A stretch of DNA of 64,000 nt from Octopus vulgaris (taxonomy: Eukaryota). The translations under genes and the position numbers were made by a program. Below the pieces are notes generated by a model, which saw only the letters and a program-made list of their open reading frames with translations, ran no database searches and was not told where the DNA came from. Of this stretch, positions 26,085 through 41,833 are shown one piece after another; the stretch's first letter is position 1; every line of letters begins with the position of its first letter. The DNA is taken from NCBI GenBank assembly GCA_951406725.2, contig OX597835.1, forward strand, positions 30,008,001-30,072,000. The letters run 5' to 3'.

Positions 26085-27507
26085 TTGAAGTTCGGTTATT
26101 GTGTTATTGTTTTGTTACATTATATCACCAGATGGAATGGACAACACAGTTAGCTAATTCGGGTTTTTCATTTCGTAAAACAAAACGAAACAATATATGA
26201 AAAAATAAATTGTTGTTACCGCATCGATGTAATGAGCACCACTGCGAAAACTCAACTGCCATAGGCCTCACCCCCTCCCGTCACCAGCTCCGGAATCGGC
26301 ACCATCACCATTTGTGCAACGACGTACACACACCTCTGCAAAAAAAGAAAAATAGACCACTTACCAGTACATCCATCATAGCCAAGAAAAACAACGAAAA
26401 ACAACAGCCTCAACAGCAACAAAAAACGTTCTTAATAACAAGAGAATCAAAATCTCATTTCAAGTGATTCTGGGGCGTGGTTTCAACACGACATATCACT
26501 TCAGTCGAACATTCCCTCACGCTCACGGACACCTAGAACTCACACACCCTTACACACACACACACACACACACACATGCATATAAAAAAGAAAGCTCACG
26601 TTGATGAAAGGTTAAAAACAACCCGCAAACCAAATTTTTAAGTGGAATAACTTTTTAGCCCTTTTTACTGCTAAAATATGAAAGACTTTAACAGACCACC
26701 CCCTTTCTGAAATAATAACTAAATACCTTGAAGATATTCTCATTCCAGTTTAAATTACCTGGATGAAATGTTTGTTCAATAATTACATTTTTTTCATAAT
26801 ATTTCAGTTAATTTTCATTTATGTAACAAAAAGAAGAAAAAAAGAAAATATGGGTGTGGGAAATGTGTTTTATCTCCCGTTCGCCTATACAAGTTTTTTT
26901 TTCCTCCATTAAAATCCATTTCTATCATTTTACGTCAGCCATATTAAATATAAAGTTTTTGTTCTTTATTACAACTATATATTTTTTTTAATATTAAATT
27001 ATTTTATTTCTTTTATTCAGGTTTATTTTGGATCAGATCAGACACTCTCACCGTGGAAGAGTCGAGTAAGGTGTTGGGTATAAAATTCAAATTTAGAAAT
27101 TGTAAGGTTGATGGTTCGACTCCGGTTCTATCACCGTAACAGCAAAATTAACACCATTGTAGATTCATATAAATTACTAACGAATGGCCGCTCAAGTTAC
27201 GTAACTTTCAACGATCCACTCGCGTATGCCGTTCGTTAAACCCATAAGTTGTTATGTATAAGAAGTACTTTACACACAAATCGTGGGACAGGACCATCGT
27301 GAAACTAACTGACGAGCACTTCGTATTTTGATCGCTAGTCCTGTGAGGCTAATATAACAAGTTGGAAATATTTACTTACTGTTGACAGGTGTCGGGTTCA
27401 GGGTAATGATTTTCCTCAAAATAAGTGTAAAATCATGCAGAGTAGCAACAAATAGCATACAATACAAATATAGTTATAAACAGGGCAAATTTTAGCCATA
27501 TATATAA

Positions 27508-27570
<63 letters not shown>

Positions 27571-27590
27571 TATATATGTATGTATATGTA

Positions 27591-28458
27591 TTGCGTCGCT
27601 TTCTTTTAAGTTATGATGTAATGTAGGAATTAATCTATTAAAGAAATCCGTTGGAAACATCTGTAATGACGTGACGTGTTTCTATCATTTTCTTCTTATT
27701 TATTTGTTTATAATACACGTCAGTCGAATCCCGACCCGTCGGATATTCTGGAGTATACCATAATGCCGTATGACCAGTTCAATGTTCACTTCTGGATTAT
27801 CCTACAGGCTAAGTACCAATAATCCAATAGACTGAAAAGACGATGAACTATCTTAATCGATTTTCTAACCTTATTGGCTTCTCATCAGAGGCGTCCATAT
27901 CATTTTGACTTTCTCCAGAGAAACAATCAGCCAAACTGTTTATAGACTCAACAACTGCAGCGGTTACTCTATGAAGGAGTCTCTAAGTTGCATACCGAAA
28001 GTGTTTAACACTCTTAAATACCAGTGGCCTGTCAACAGGGATCTTAGCTCACACAGTATCAAGGTATGATATAATATATATGTAAGGATTCAAAGGCATC
28101 AGGTACTTAAATACTATGACCAGGTTGGGTCGAATTAACTTGTAAGCAGCACCTTTAGTTGAATAAATATCATGGGTGTCGAAGTACGTCCAGTGAAATA
28201 TTCAGGTTATGTATAAAGAGAATATGAGTATTTTCGCAGCCTGTTGGATAATCCAGAAGTGAACGTTGTATAAGTCATACGGCATTTGGTATACTCCAGA
28301 ATATCCGACTGGTCGGGATTCCAGTGACGTGTATTATGAACAAATAAATTATAAGAAAATGATGGATACACGTCACTTCTTTACAGCTGTTTCCAACGGA
28401 TTTATTTAATTGATTAATACCTACATTACATTATAACTAAAAAGAAAGCGACGCAACA
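27591..28458. mobile_element. Diverged inverted-repeat element with an internal hammerhead
   Basis: ~220-bp imperfect arms 27591-27810 / 28238-28458 flanked by (TA)n; minus-strand ct-CTGATGA-gaagcc-aataa-ggtta-GAAAA-TCGA-TTA-ag at 27849-27893. Confidence 0.65.
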
Positions 28459-29299
28459 CATATATATATATTCATATATATATATGTTGGTATGAATATG
28501 CACACACACAAACTTTCGAACTTTGAGAAAAATTCTTACTTCATCTTCAGCGAATCTTACTGTCCCAGGGTCACACGTGTCCGATGACCGTTTTTAAAGC
28601 TGCAACAAAATTTTAAAAGGTGATCGAAGTGAATAAAATTATTTAAATATATCTCAGGGTATAATTATTTTCTAGTCTAGGCACAAGGCCCGAAATTTTG
28701 GGGGAGGAGGCCAGTCCATTAGATCAACACACGTTAGATAGTATCATTTAACTGTTATAGTTATGAGGAATAGAGACAGATGTGTAAAAAACAACAAAAG
28801 AAAGCAGAAATGAATATATAAATAGATGTATAAATAAATAAATATATATAGATATATGAATAAATATATAAATATATCTGCCACATACCTGTGATAAATG
28901 TAAGACAGAGGTAGATAAGACAAACAAATTAAACTATATACTGGGCATGGATACTTAAAAAGCGAACCCAAACACACTCTTTTGAAACTTCATGGACGGC
29001 CATAAGGATATCGACAGCACGACTAACACGTGGCTATAGCTGTGGTGGTGCCAATGATAGCAATAACAAAAAATCTACCACGATGGCAACACCGTGGTCG
29101 AATACACTTACACAGAGGAATACATGAACTGTACCATATATTTTTGGGGTGGCGTGGAGCGTTAGGACAGCAGAAGCACAATGAGGGTGAAAAGATGGGG
29201 CTGAGGAGAAGGCTACTGCTAAATACTATGACATACACATGCATACACACACATACACACACGCGCATGTACATACACACACGCACACATACACAAGGA

Positions 29300-29461
29300 C
29301 TTAAACGCAGGCGCACATAAGGATACACATCTTAGAAGAATAGAGTGGAGTAAGTGGAGCAAAAACACATACGAAAATATAATGACCATCGCGAAATACA
29401 ACAATATATGTTTCAACAAAGGATTTTACATCAGGAATCGTGCAAAACGAATTGATAAATG
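29300..29461 (+). mobile_element. Diverged 3' end of a Penelope pLTR related to 9140-9290
   Basis: atgaccatcgcgaaatacaacaatatatgtttcaacaaaggattttacatc aligns with atgaccattccgaaatataacaatatctgtttcaacacacgacttcacata. Confidence 0.6.
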
Positions 29462-29462
29462 T

Positions 29463-29516
<54 letters not shown>

Positions 29517-29523
29517 AGACACA

Positions 29524-29556
<33 letters not shown>

Positions 29557-29986
29557 GTTTAATACAAACAGCTAAGTGCAATGTGATACCACACGTCAAT
29601 AAGGTTGCCGAAGCTCATAGATTGCTAGAGGTAAGAGTTAAATACATTTAATGACGTAAGAAGCGCGCAAATGTAAGCAACATTGCTGAACGGGGGAAGT
29701 AATTGCCCCATGACCATCTCAAGAAACCCTACACTAGATGTCTAGTTTCACCTATTCGGTAGGCATCGTCACTGAGGACTCCTTGAACGGCATATATTTG
29801 GCTAATTGCGTCTGTCAGCATAAATGTATTTACCATAGAGAAGTATGGATGATTTAGCGGAATGCTAATGCGTATACAAAAAATTAATATAAACATGTGA
29901 TAGCCATGAAGGAAAAATTCAATATAGGATAAAATTGTTCGAAAGAAAATTCTATCAATGGCCAGCATATTAAATAATACCTTTAA

Positions 29987-30072
29987 ACAACTTATAAAAA
30001 AGGGCAAAAGAAAAAGTTTCTAATGTCAAATATTTGGCATTAGAATTTTTTCTTTTGCCCTTGTTTATAAGT

Positions 30073-30075
<3 letters not shown>
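29987..30075. repeat. Near-perfect 89-bp palindrome abutting (TA)n
   Basis: acaacttataaaaaagggcaaaagaaaaagtttctaatgtcaaat / atttggcattagaattttttcttttgcccttgtttataagttgt. Confidence 0.8.
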
Positions 30076-30139
<64 letters not shown>

Positions 30140-30298
30140 TCGACGGGCTTCTTTCAGTTTCCGTCTATTAAATCCACTTAGAAGGCTCTGTTCAGCCCGA
30201 GGCTATAGTAGAAGACATTTGCCCTAGGTGCAACGCAACGGAGCTGAATCCGGAACGATGTGGTTGGTAAGCAAGCTACTTACCACACAGCCACTCCA
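30140..30298 (-). mobile_element. SINE family A, 5' half
   Basis: Matches 1333-1490. Confidence 0.8.
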
Positions 30299-32399
30299 TA
30301 CATATAGATATCTATATACACAGACACACACATAAACACACACATATATATATAAATATATATGCGTGTGCACAAAGACTTGTTATCATCATCATCGTCA
30401 TCATCGTCTTCGTCGTCGTCGTCATCATCATCATTTTCAGGACCATCCCCTACCGTCTTCATCAATACCGAATCCGTATCTCCGCCGCCGATTATGTCAT
30501 GTTTTGTCTCCGTATTATCTGCAAACATCTCACAGATTCCTCGTCCTTCTCTCTTTGATATACAACATCCACCCTATTTACCATTATCTCCAAAATGTTA
30601 CACCATTCTATGACACCATTCTTACGACATATCTTCCGGCTTATCTTAACTTATCTCTTCTTTTGTTCCAGTTTGGCTTTCTCAAACTAAACCGCCACAT
30701 CTTCTGTCTCTGTGTGCCGAAAGGGACCCTCGTAGGTGTGCGGCTGGGGAGGAACGGATGTTGGATTTGTTGATGTTGCTGTTGGTGGTTTTGTTGTTAT
30801 TGCCGTCGCTATCGTCGCTGTTGTTGTTGCTGTTGTTATCGTCTCGTCGCCATTATCGTTCTTGTTGATGTCATCGTCGTCTTCAACGCCATCGTCGCCG
30901 TCGCCGTCGTCGTCATTCTCCTCTTCCTAGTTATCATCATTATCACCGTGTTCATCGTCATCATCACCGTCACTCTCATCAGATCCCTCCTCCTTTCCCT
31001 CAGCTGTATCCTCTTTCTCATCATTATGATCATTTCCGGCGTCTTTTTAGATGATAGTGATAATGGTGATGATGATCATCATCATCATTATCTTCATCGT
31101 TGTCATCGTAGTCATTGTGATCTTCTTCTTCTTCTTCTTCTTCTTCTTCTTCTTCTTCTTCTTCTTCTTCTTCTTCTTCTTCTTCTTCTTCTTCTTCTTC
31201 TTCTTCTTCTTCTTCTTCTTCTTCTTCTTCTTCTTCTTCTTTTATCTGTCTGTCTATGTATCTATCTACCTATCCTACCTATCCTACCTATCTTACCATT
31301 TCTTTATCTCTCTGTCACTCCCGCTATGACAAACATACACACATACAATACATACATACACACACATAGAAATACATACATCCGTATACATACATACATC
31401 CGCATACATACTTACATACATACATGCATACATACGTACATTCATACAAACACATACATATATACTTTTATTCTTATATTCTCTTATTGGTTTCAATCGT
31501 TTGCTGCGGCCATGCCGGGCCAGCAACTTAAAGTCGAAGACATCGACCAAAGGATTCATTCTTTGTAAGCTTAGTACATATTCTATCGGTCTGGCATGCT
31601 GAACCGCTAGATTACAGGGGCGTGCATACATACAAATGCACATAAATACATACATGCACACATACATACATAACATACACGCATACATACATAACTTGCA
31701 TATATACATACATTCATACATACGCACATACATACGTACATAATATACATACATAACATAGATATATAATATACATACATTCATACATTCATATCTAAAT
31801 TCATTCATACACACATACATTCATACATACGTACAATAATACATACATACATACATACGCACATACATACATTCAGACATACATACACGAATACATACAT
31901 TCATACATACACGCATACATATATTCATACATACACACATCCATACATTCATGCATATATACATACATATATACATACATACACACACATTCATACAAAC
32001 ATATACACATGCATACACACATGCATACATACACACATACACATATATACTCACATTCATACATACACACATACATGCATACATATATACATACACACAC
32101 ATACATGCATACGTACATATATACTCACATACATGCATACATATATACATACATACATACATACATGCACACATACATTCATACACACATACATACATAC
32201 ATACATACACACACATACATACATACACACACATACATACACACATACATACATACGTACATATATACATACATACATACATACATACATACATGCATAC
32301 ATACATACATACATACATACATACATGCATGCATACATAACGACGTTCCTCCGGTAGTGTTAGCGGTGTTTATTAGAATCCCGCTGCTACTACAGGTGA

Positions 32400-32957
32400 C
32401 CATGATGATATTAGTGACAATGAAGAAGATGATGGTGATGATGGTGCTGGAGGTGTGATAGCGAGTGGGACCGGAGTGGCGTTAGTGATATCTCCTATAA
32501 TGGTGACGGTAGTGATAATGATGATGATGAAGATGATGACGAAGACGATGATGATGATGACAAATACGATAATGATGATGGTGATAACGATGATGATGAT
32601 GACGACCATCCTGATGGCGATGACAATGATGATGATGATGAAAATGATGATGCCGATGATTATGATAATGAAGATGAAGATGATGACGTTGATGATGACG
32701 GCCACGACGATGTCAACGATGATGATGAGAATGAGGATGATGATGAGGACAATGATGATGATGTGGACAATGATGATGCTGATGAAGATGATGACGATGA
32801 AGACGACAATGCTAATGGCGACGATGACGACGACAACAATGATGACAATGAAGATGATGACGAGGACAATGACGAGAATGATGATGATGACGATGATGAT
32901 GATACTGATGTTGTTGATAATGATGATGATGATGATGATAACGACGACGGCGAAGGC

Positions 32958-33004
<47 letters not shown>

Positions 33005-33110
33005 CGATGATGATGATGATGATGATGACGACGACGACGACGACGACGACGATGATGATGATGATGATTATGATGATGATGACGACGAGGGTGATGATTA
33101 CGATGGCGGT
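32400..33110. repeat. Long degenerate (GAT/GAC)n trinucleotide array
   Basis: Direct inspection; source of the poly-D/M/I pseudo-ORFs. Similar arrays lie at 60-590, 53075-53480 and 55690-56470. Confidence 0.9.
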
Positions 33111-33547
33111 GGATACACAGACACAGCTACAGACTTGCAGACGCACCACACACAAACGCACAGACACGCAGACACACAGACAGATGCACAGGCAGACAGA
33201 CAAACAGACGATAAAAATTTTAATGGATTCAAATTGAAGCGTTTTTTTTTTCCTCTCTGGAAACGTTTGATCCGAATCTATTTTGGAAACTTTTTACCCG
33301 GCCCCACTGCTGCCACCACTTCTCACCCTCCTACTCCTCCTACGAAAACCACCACTACTACGTTGTTTTTTCTCATTCATCCTCTTACATCGCCCCTTCT
33401 GTAATTTATTAAACTGCTTTTTTAATTTTATTTTTGTTTATCAGTTCACTTTTTAATCCTTGTTTCCTATCCTTCCCTCCTCTCTTAGCTTTCTGTTTTA
33501 CCTCTACTGTACAATTAATTGTCCGTATGTATTTTTTCTGTGTCTAC

Positions 33548-33617
<70 letters not shown>

Positions 33618-33732
33618 GTCCGTCCGTCTATCTGTCTGTCTGTCTGTCTGTCTGTCTATTGATATACCTACCCACCACATTATCTCTTTCTCCTTCAATA
33701 CGTTTCTCTGCACAGATACATACCTACATGTA

Positions 33733-33876
<144 letters not shown>

Positions 33877-34489
33877 CCTGCTCGCTTAGCCAGCGGGATG
33901 GCGTCATTCAAAGGCTAAAAGAATGCGAAAGCATTGTGACCAGCGATGTTTAACATCTGATGGTCTGGTCGGTCACGTGATCACGTGATATATATATATA
34001 TATATATAACTGAGAACGTGTGTTTGTGTGTGTGTGTCTGTCTGTCCGTATGAATCCCTAAAACTTGAGAACTACACAACCAATTTCATTCGACAAAGTC
34101 CCCTTCCCCAAATATCACACCTTTTGCCTATAGTGGAAAAGATTATTAAAGCGGCGAGTTGGCAGAATGGTTAGCACACCGGGCGAAATGCTTAGTGGTA
34201 TTTCCCCGTCACAACGTTCTGTGTTCACATTCCGCCGAAGTCGACTTTATCTTTCATCGTTTCGTGGTCGACAAATTAAGTACCAGAGAAACATTGGGTT
34301 AGATGTAATTGACTAGTTCCATCCCCTTCGCCCAACAAATATTTCAGGCCTTTGCCCGTCTTTAACGTCTGATTTCAATTGCCACGGCGGTCGACTTCGC
34401 CATTCATCTTTTCGGGGTCAATAAAATAAGCCTCAATAGAAGTATGAGATCGATAACAAATTGCTGACCTTGTTCCAAAAACTTGAAAC

Positions 34490-34684
<195 letters not shown>

Positions 34685-34706
34685 CATTATTATTATTATT
34701 ATCATT

Positions 34707-35254
34707 GGGTGAGAGAGCAGTGCATACCATCAAAGTGACACTGGGGTACAAATATACGAAGCCCAGAATACGCAGCATGAGACTACCGTATCATAAGGGT
34801 TCACCAGGTACATGCATCTCAACCAAATGCGCTCGACCCGGTGATCTCATATCAGGATTTACAGCCTATTACCTTGCAGGTGGGTCTCGGAATTGTCTTC
34901 AGGTCGACTAGCCCATCCCACTCAAATAGTCCCTGAATAAGTGTTGTTTAAGGATGTTTAATGGAGCACCCATGTTTCCAGAGGTGAATTATTCAGACCC
35001 TAAAGAATTCCTCTTAACACATTACTATGATGCTCCCCAACAACTTCTGCTCGTGATCAGAGATGCACATATCGTCAGCCACCAAGGGACATGCTTAACT
35101 GGCTAAGGTCAAACAACTGATGAGCAAATCTGTGGTATTGATTGAGCAGATTTTAGTTATAGCCCATCCATTTTTATACCAAGACAAAACAATGTACATG
35201 ATAACACTTCCAATCAGTTAAGATCAGAAGCCATGGCTGCCACTGCCTGGTACT
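34707..35254. mobile_element. ~555-bp (TAA)n-associated non-coding element, copy 1 (diverged, right end clipped)
   Basis: Colinear with 35456-36011 and 39541-40096. Confidence 0.85.
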
Positions 35255-35299
35255 TCTCCGATCCTCCTCCTCCTCCTCCTTCTTCTTCTTCTTCTTCTT

Positions 35300-35455
<156 letters not shown>

Positions 35456-36009
35456 GAGTGAGAGAGCAGTGCATGCCATCAAAGGGACACTGGGGTAAAA
35501 TATACGAAGCCCAGTATACCCATCATGACTACCCGTCTGATAAGGGTACACTAGGCACATGCATCACAACCATATGTGCGCGACATGGTGATCTCATATC
35601 AAGATAAACAGCACATAACCTTGCAGGTGGGGCCCAGTTAGAATTATCTTCTGGTCGAGTAGTCCATCCCGCTCAAAAGGTCCCTGAATAACGGTTGTTT
35701 AAGGATGTTGAACAAAACACCCATGTTTCCAGAGATGAATTATTCAAACCCCAAAGAATCCCTCTCAACACATGGCTGTGATGCTCCCCCACTACTTCTG
35801 CTCGTGATCAGAGATGCACATATCGTCAGCCACTAAGGGATATGCTCAACTGGTTAAGGTCAAACAACTGACAAGCAAATCTGTAGTATTGAGCAGAATA
35901 TTTGCTGTAGCCCATCTTTTATACCAAGACAAAACAATTTACATGATAACACTTCCAAACAGTTAAAATGAAAAGCCATGAGAGCCACTGCCTGGTACTG
36001 CATCAGGGC

Positions 36010-36011
<2 letters not shown>
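35456..36011. mobile_element. ~555-bp (TAA)n-associated non-coding element, copy 2
   Basis: gagtgagagagcagtgcatgcc...ctggtactgcatcagggcat with (TTA)n on both sides. Confidence 0.9.
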
Positions 36012-36070
<59 letters not shown>

Positions 36071-36461
36071 GTTATTATTGTTATTATTATTATTATTATT
36101 ATTTTCATTTACTCAACGAGAAGGATGAATCGTCAGCGAATCGGACAAAATGATTTGCACAATTTCTTCTCATTCATTACGTTCTAAGTTCAAATTCCGA
36201 CGAAATCCATTTGGCCTTTCGCGAGTCGATAAAGTAAGTACAAGTTGAACACTGGTGTCGATTTAATCGATTTGTCTCTTCAACCCAGTTTCAGCCCCCA
36301 TACCCATAGCAGAAAGAGAATTTCTACTTCATCATCGCAGATAATGTTATTTATATAAATAACCCACAAGCACACACACACACACACACACACAGACACA
36401 CACAATTATATATATATACATACAGAGATGCATATTTGTATTTAAGTTTATAAACACAAGC

Positions 36462-36504
<43 letters not shown>

Positions 36505-36520
36505 GAGGGAATATTATTCC

Positions 36521-36552
<32 letters not shown>

Positions 36553-36781
36553 TGTTTGTATGTAAGCATGTATGTATGTATATATGTATTTATGCATCTA
36601 TGTATGTATGTATTTTCTTCCTTTTCACCTTCCGCTCTTTGATACCAAGCCGGAACTTCGAAGTCACTGTCAATAGTATTCCTGTTAAAGAATAAAAATG
36701 TCCTCTACAAACGTATGAAATAACACTTCAAATTAATATAAGATTTGTTTTATTATAACTGAACATGAAAAACAAATATTA

Positions 36782-36817
<36 letters not shown>

Positions 36818-36970
36818 CTGTGCGTATCTACCTATCTATCTCTCAACACATTTAACTCTGTATGTAGTTAAATCTATGTATGTATGTATATATGTATATA
36901 TAAACAGATGCATACATACAACATATATACTCCCAGGTCACATATAATTATTTGGAATACATACATATAC

Positions 36971-37113
<143 letters not shown>

Positions 37114-37572
37114 TATAACATACGTATATATACACACACGTATATGTATGTATGTATGCGTATATATATATATATACTTATATGCACACAAGTATGCGTG
37201 TACAAGCATGATTCTATTTCCACATATAAAGATTCGCGCAGATGCATGTCTCCTTTAATCCAATATGTCTCGCGTGGTGTTCCATTACTCTGAGGTCTCC
37301 AGTTTGACTGGAATATATATATATCCAAAGCTTTCTAATGTAGCAGGAATTATTCCCATCAACAGACTTTCTTGGAGCTTCTATTCTAGCCTGGCCACTA
37401 ATCTCTTCAATACCCGAATATTAGGGCATCAGTAATTTGTCTTTCAATCTTTGGTTAAATTTGTCAAGAATACGCACATAAATACAACAAACATAAATAC
37501 TTACATATTTATCTTTTCATCCCTCTATGTATCTATCGATCTATATGTCTGTCTGTCTATCTGTCTGCCTCA

Positions 37573-37650
<78 letters not shown>

Positions 37651-37769
37651 GTCTGTCTGTCTATGTATCTGCCCATCTGTCTATCTGTCTATCTATCAAT
37701 CTATTGAATTGTGTTTGCCTGTATATATATGTACAAACACACATAGACTCACATACACACACACACACA

Positions 37770-37942
37770 AACTCCTTGTTTGTTTTCTCCTTGTTTTTTC
37801 TGTGTCCCTTTCTGTAGAAGGGCGTAGACTCGAAACGTAAAAGACTTTCTATTGCTGAGCGTTTATCCTAATACATCTGTTTGTTTTGTACACCACCTGT
37901 CTTCGTCTTTTGTAATTTTCGTGAATTCTCCCCCCTCTCTCT

Positions 37943-37945
<3 letters not shown>
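37770..37945 (+). mobile_element. HHR-bearing element, family H1
   Basis: cttt-CTGTAGA-A-gggc-gtag-actc-GAAACGTA-aaag at 37808-37843, stem II partly decayed. Confidence 0.7.
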
Positions 37946-37989
<44 letters not shown>

Positions 37990-37993
37990 TATT

Positions 37994-38042
<49 letters not shown>

Positions 38043-38394
38043 TCACTTTTGTATATAAACTGATTATTCAATGTGTTATTTGAAACGTAAGATATACCCA
38101 TTTTGTATTTTTGGTACCTTTTAAAATATAAATGAAACTGTAACTGTGCAAATTATGCGTAGTGTTTAGGACACTATAAAAAGAGTGCTTTCAAACTCGT
38201 GTGTTTGACGCACTGAAAAGAGCCCATGCTATTTGAGCTTTGTTCAAAGTACAAGCATGCCTCTGATAATTCGAAAGAGCATCCCAGTAACTAAATGGAA
38301 AATATGCAGAAGAAAATACGATTAGAATTCATAAAACACTTAGGTAAAAGACCTAGGTTGTTAAGAACATCCCTATTAGAGATGGAAGCAGTAT

Positions 38395-38685
38395 TTGTTT
38401 TGTTATTTGTTTGTTCCTTCTCGAGCCATGCCTGGCTCATAAGGGCCGGTTTCCCGGTTTCCTTGGCGTATAGGTTCCCTACCTGGACGGGACGCCGGTC
38501 TGTCGCAGGTGAGCTGCAAGATACAGGAGGAAAGAGTGAGCAGAAGTTCGTCATTACCCTCTGTCGGAGCCGCGTGCAGCTTAGGTGCTTCGCTCATAAA
38601 CACACACATCGCCCAGTCTTAGGTTCGAACCCGCGATCCCTCGACCGCGAGTCCGCTGCTCTAATCACTAGGCCATGTGCCTACC
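38395..38685 (-). mobile_element. tRNA-derived SINE, family C
   Basis: Minus head ggcctagtgattagagcagcggact...ggttcgaacc; tail ccggcccttatgagcc shared with 62535. Confidence 0.75.
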
Positions 38686-38702
38686 CAAGCAGTATTTATA
38701 CT

Positions 38703-39173
38703 GAGAAGTATTGTTTAGCGTCACTTAAACGTGGCTGTTGTTTAAGAATAAATGATACTGGTATTTTTACCCCGGGAGGACGCTTCCTCCAGCTGGCTAT
38801 TCGCTGTACTTCGCACTCGATATATATATGCATGCGGCGAGGGAACTCTCTATTTCTCTAGCTCGCAGATCACCATATTACATGGCTTCGATTTTATTAG
38901 CTCACGGTCTGCGATGGCTACAAGTCTGCCCGATATAGCAGACGTCTCACCCAGGTTACAATATATAGAAAAGATAGTGGCACATAGTCTCTGGTTTTGC
39001 AATTAGTAGAACTCAACTAGGATAGGAGAGAGTTCTCTTTCCGCTTGCAATATGTATTGAGTGCGAGTAGCGCAGAATAGCCAGTGAGGGAAGGCGACAC
39101 CTTGGGGTCCACACTGCAGTATCATCTGCTCTTAAAAAACATCCGCGTTTAAGTGACAATAAACTTTTATTCT
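38703..39173. mobile_element. Old MITE or fold-back element with ~150-bp diverged TIRs
   Basis: gtcacttaaacg...atgatactg...ctggctattc...cgcactc...gaactctct mirrored by agagagttc...gagtgcg...gaatagccag...cagtatcat...cgtttaagtgac. Confidence 0.65.
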
Positions 39174-39469
39174 CAAACTGATAATGTTAACGGCATTTAA
39201 AAAAGAGTTTAACCGCATTTTTTTTCCGATTCCATGTTCTGAGTTCAAATACCTACGAGGTCGACTTTACATTTCATCATTTCCGGACAGTGAAATAAGT
39301 AGCAGTCTTGCACTTATTTCAGACTTTGTGCCTTTTGTTAAAAAGATTATTATTATTTTTATTATTGTTGTTGTTGTGTTTGTTATTGTTGTTGTTGTTG
39401 TTATTATTATTATTGTTGTTGTTGTTGTTATTGTTGTTGTTATTATCATTATTATTGTGATTATTATTA

Positions 39470-39518
<49 letters not shown>

Positions 39519-39540
39519 CATTATTATTATTATTATTATT

Positions 39541-40096
39541 GAGTGAGAGAGCAGTTCATGCCATCAAAGTGACACTGGGGTAAAATATACGAAGCCCAAT
39601 ATACCCATCGTGACTACCCGTCTGATAAGGGTACACCAGGCATATGCATCACAACCATATGTGCGCGACATGGTGATCTCATATCAAGGTAAACAGCACA
39701 TAACCTTGCAGGTGGGGCCCAGTTAGAATTTTCTTCAGGTCGAGTAGCCCATCCTACTTGAAAGGTCCCTGAATAAGGGTTGTTTAAGGATGTTGAAAGA
39801 ACCACCCATGTTTCCAGAGGTGAATTATTCAAACCCCAAAGAATCCCTCTCAACACATGGCTATGATGCTCCCCCACTACTTCTGCTCGTGACCAGAGAT
39901 GCACATATCGTCAGCCACTAAGGGACATGCTCAACTGGTTAAGGTCAAACAACTGACAAGCAAATCTGTGGTATTGAGCAGAATATTTGCTGTAGCCCAT
40001 CTTTTATACTAAGACAAAACAATGTACATGATAACACTTCCAATCAGTTAAGATCAGAAGCCATGAGAGCCACTGCCTGGTACTGCATCAGGGCAT
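39541..40096. mobile_element. ~555-bp (TAA)n-associated non-coding element, copy 3
   Basis: Same termini as copy 2, with (TTA)n flanks. Confidence 0.9.
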
Positions 40097-40104
40097 TTAT
40101 TATG

Positions 40105-40159
<55 letters not shown>

Positions 40160-40439
40160 GATTTTCAGTCCCTAAATATTTATTCATTCTTTCCTTTTCC
40201 TTATTCTTTAGTTATCATTTTTTAAAAAATATATCTCTGTGTCGTTATTTTGGGGGATATGTTTCCTCTTCCGCGTCATCATCATCACTATAATAATGAC
40301 GATGATCATCATCAGCATCGTTGTCGTCGTCCTCGTCGGTATCATCATCATCACTATGATTATCATCACCACCGTTTTCATTCTACGGATAGTAAGCCTT
40401 GTTATTATTGTTGTTGTTGTTATTATTATTATTATTATC

Positions 40440-40476
<37 letters not shown>

Positions 40477-40532
40477 TTATCATCATCATCATCATCATCA
40501 TCATTATTATTATTTTAACTATCATTCGTTCG

Positions 40533-40606
<74 letters not shown>

Positions 40607-40955
40607 TAATAATCGTAATAATAATCATTAATATATTTCTTGTTGTTGCTGTTATTGTTGTTGTTGTAGCTGTGGGTGTTGTTGTTGCTATTGTTCTTGT
40701 TCTTCTTGTTGTTCTTCTTCTTCCTTCCTTTCTTCTTCTTCCACTTATTAAGACTAAAGCTGTTATTATATTTTTGTTATTTTCATTTGTTAAAGTAAGG
40801 CGCCACGCCAGCTACCTTACTGCCGCCCTTTCTCTGCACCACCCACCCACCTCTTCACTCCAAATAACTCCTTACCTTCTTAAAAGCCAACTTACAGAGA
40901 AGACCATTTCTCTAAATTGATCCTCAATTTCCGATTTATTAAATATTATTTTAGG

Positions 40956-41007
<52 letters not shown>

Positions 41008-41345
41008 TGTATTGTGTATGTATGTGTGGTGGGGTTGTGTTGAGGGTGTATTGGTGTCTGTGTATGTGTTTGAAGCTGTAGATAAGGGAATGGTGGGGCG
41101 GTGGGATGTGTGGTTCTGCTGCTGGTTTCCAATTGTGGCTGTGAAACAGAAAATCATACTCACAAATACGCACACATACAAACACACTCATACATATACA
41201 CACATACATACCTGCACACAAAGTTATGCCTAGATGTATATATGAACAAACACACACACCTATATTTATACACACACATATTATCATATAGCTTATACCA
41301 TGAAATAAATATGCAAATCTAGATTTATACATATGCACACACACT

Positions 41346-41408
<63 letters not shown>

Positions 41409-41799
41409 ATATACATACATACATGTATGTACATATATATACATATATACATATATATATATATTGAATATATATATATATACACAGCTTTATATAAGGA
41501 TATATTATCGTTTCTATTTCCGTATCTATGGTGTATTTTCTATAATCTCTGCTGTTACAAAACGGAAGTATACAATGGCTGCCATCTCTGTCTGCGTCTC
41601 TCAGGATATTTGCTATCGTCCTTTTTATTTTTTCTTATTTTTCTATGTTATCTTTTGTTTTTGTTTTATGCATCTTGTTTGTGTGTCGTTTGTTTCTATA
41701 ACAATCCTAAAACGCTGCATTTTATTTATTTCCTCTGATTTTACAGTTTTCATTTAGTTTCAGAAATAACGATGACGATGATGATGATGACGATGATGA

Positions 41800-41833
<34 letters not shown>

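Noticed and set aside
32763-33404. Asp-rich 213-aa ORF resembling acidic biomineralisation proteins
   Set aside because: It is a pure GAT/GAC array open in several frames, has no signal peptide, and similar arrays recur throughout the window.
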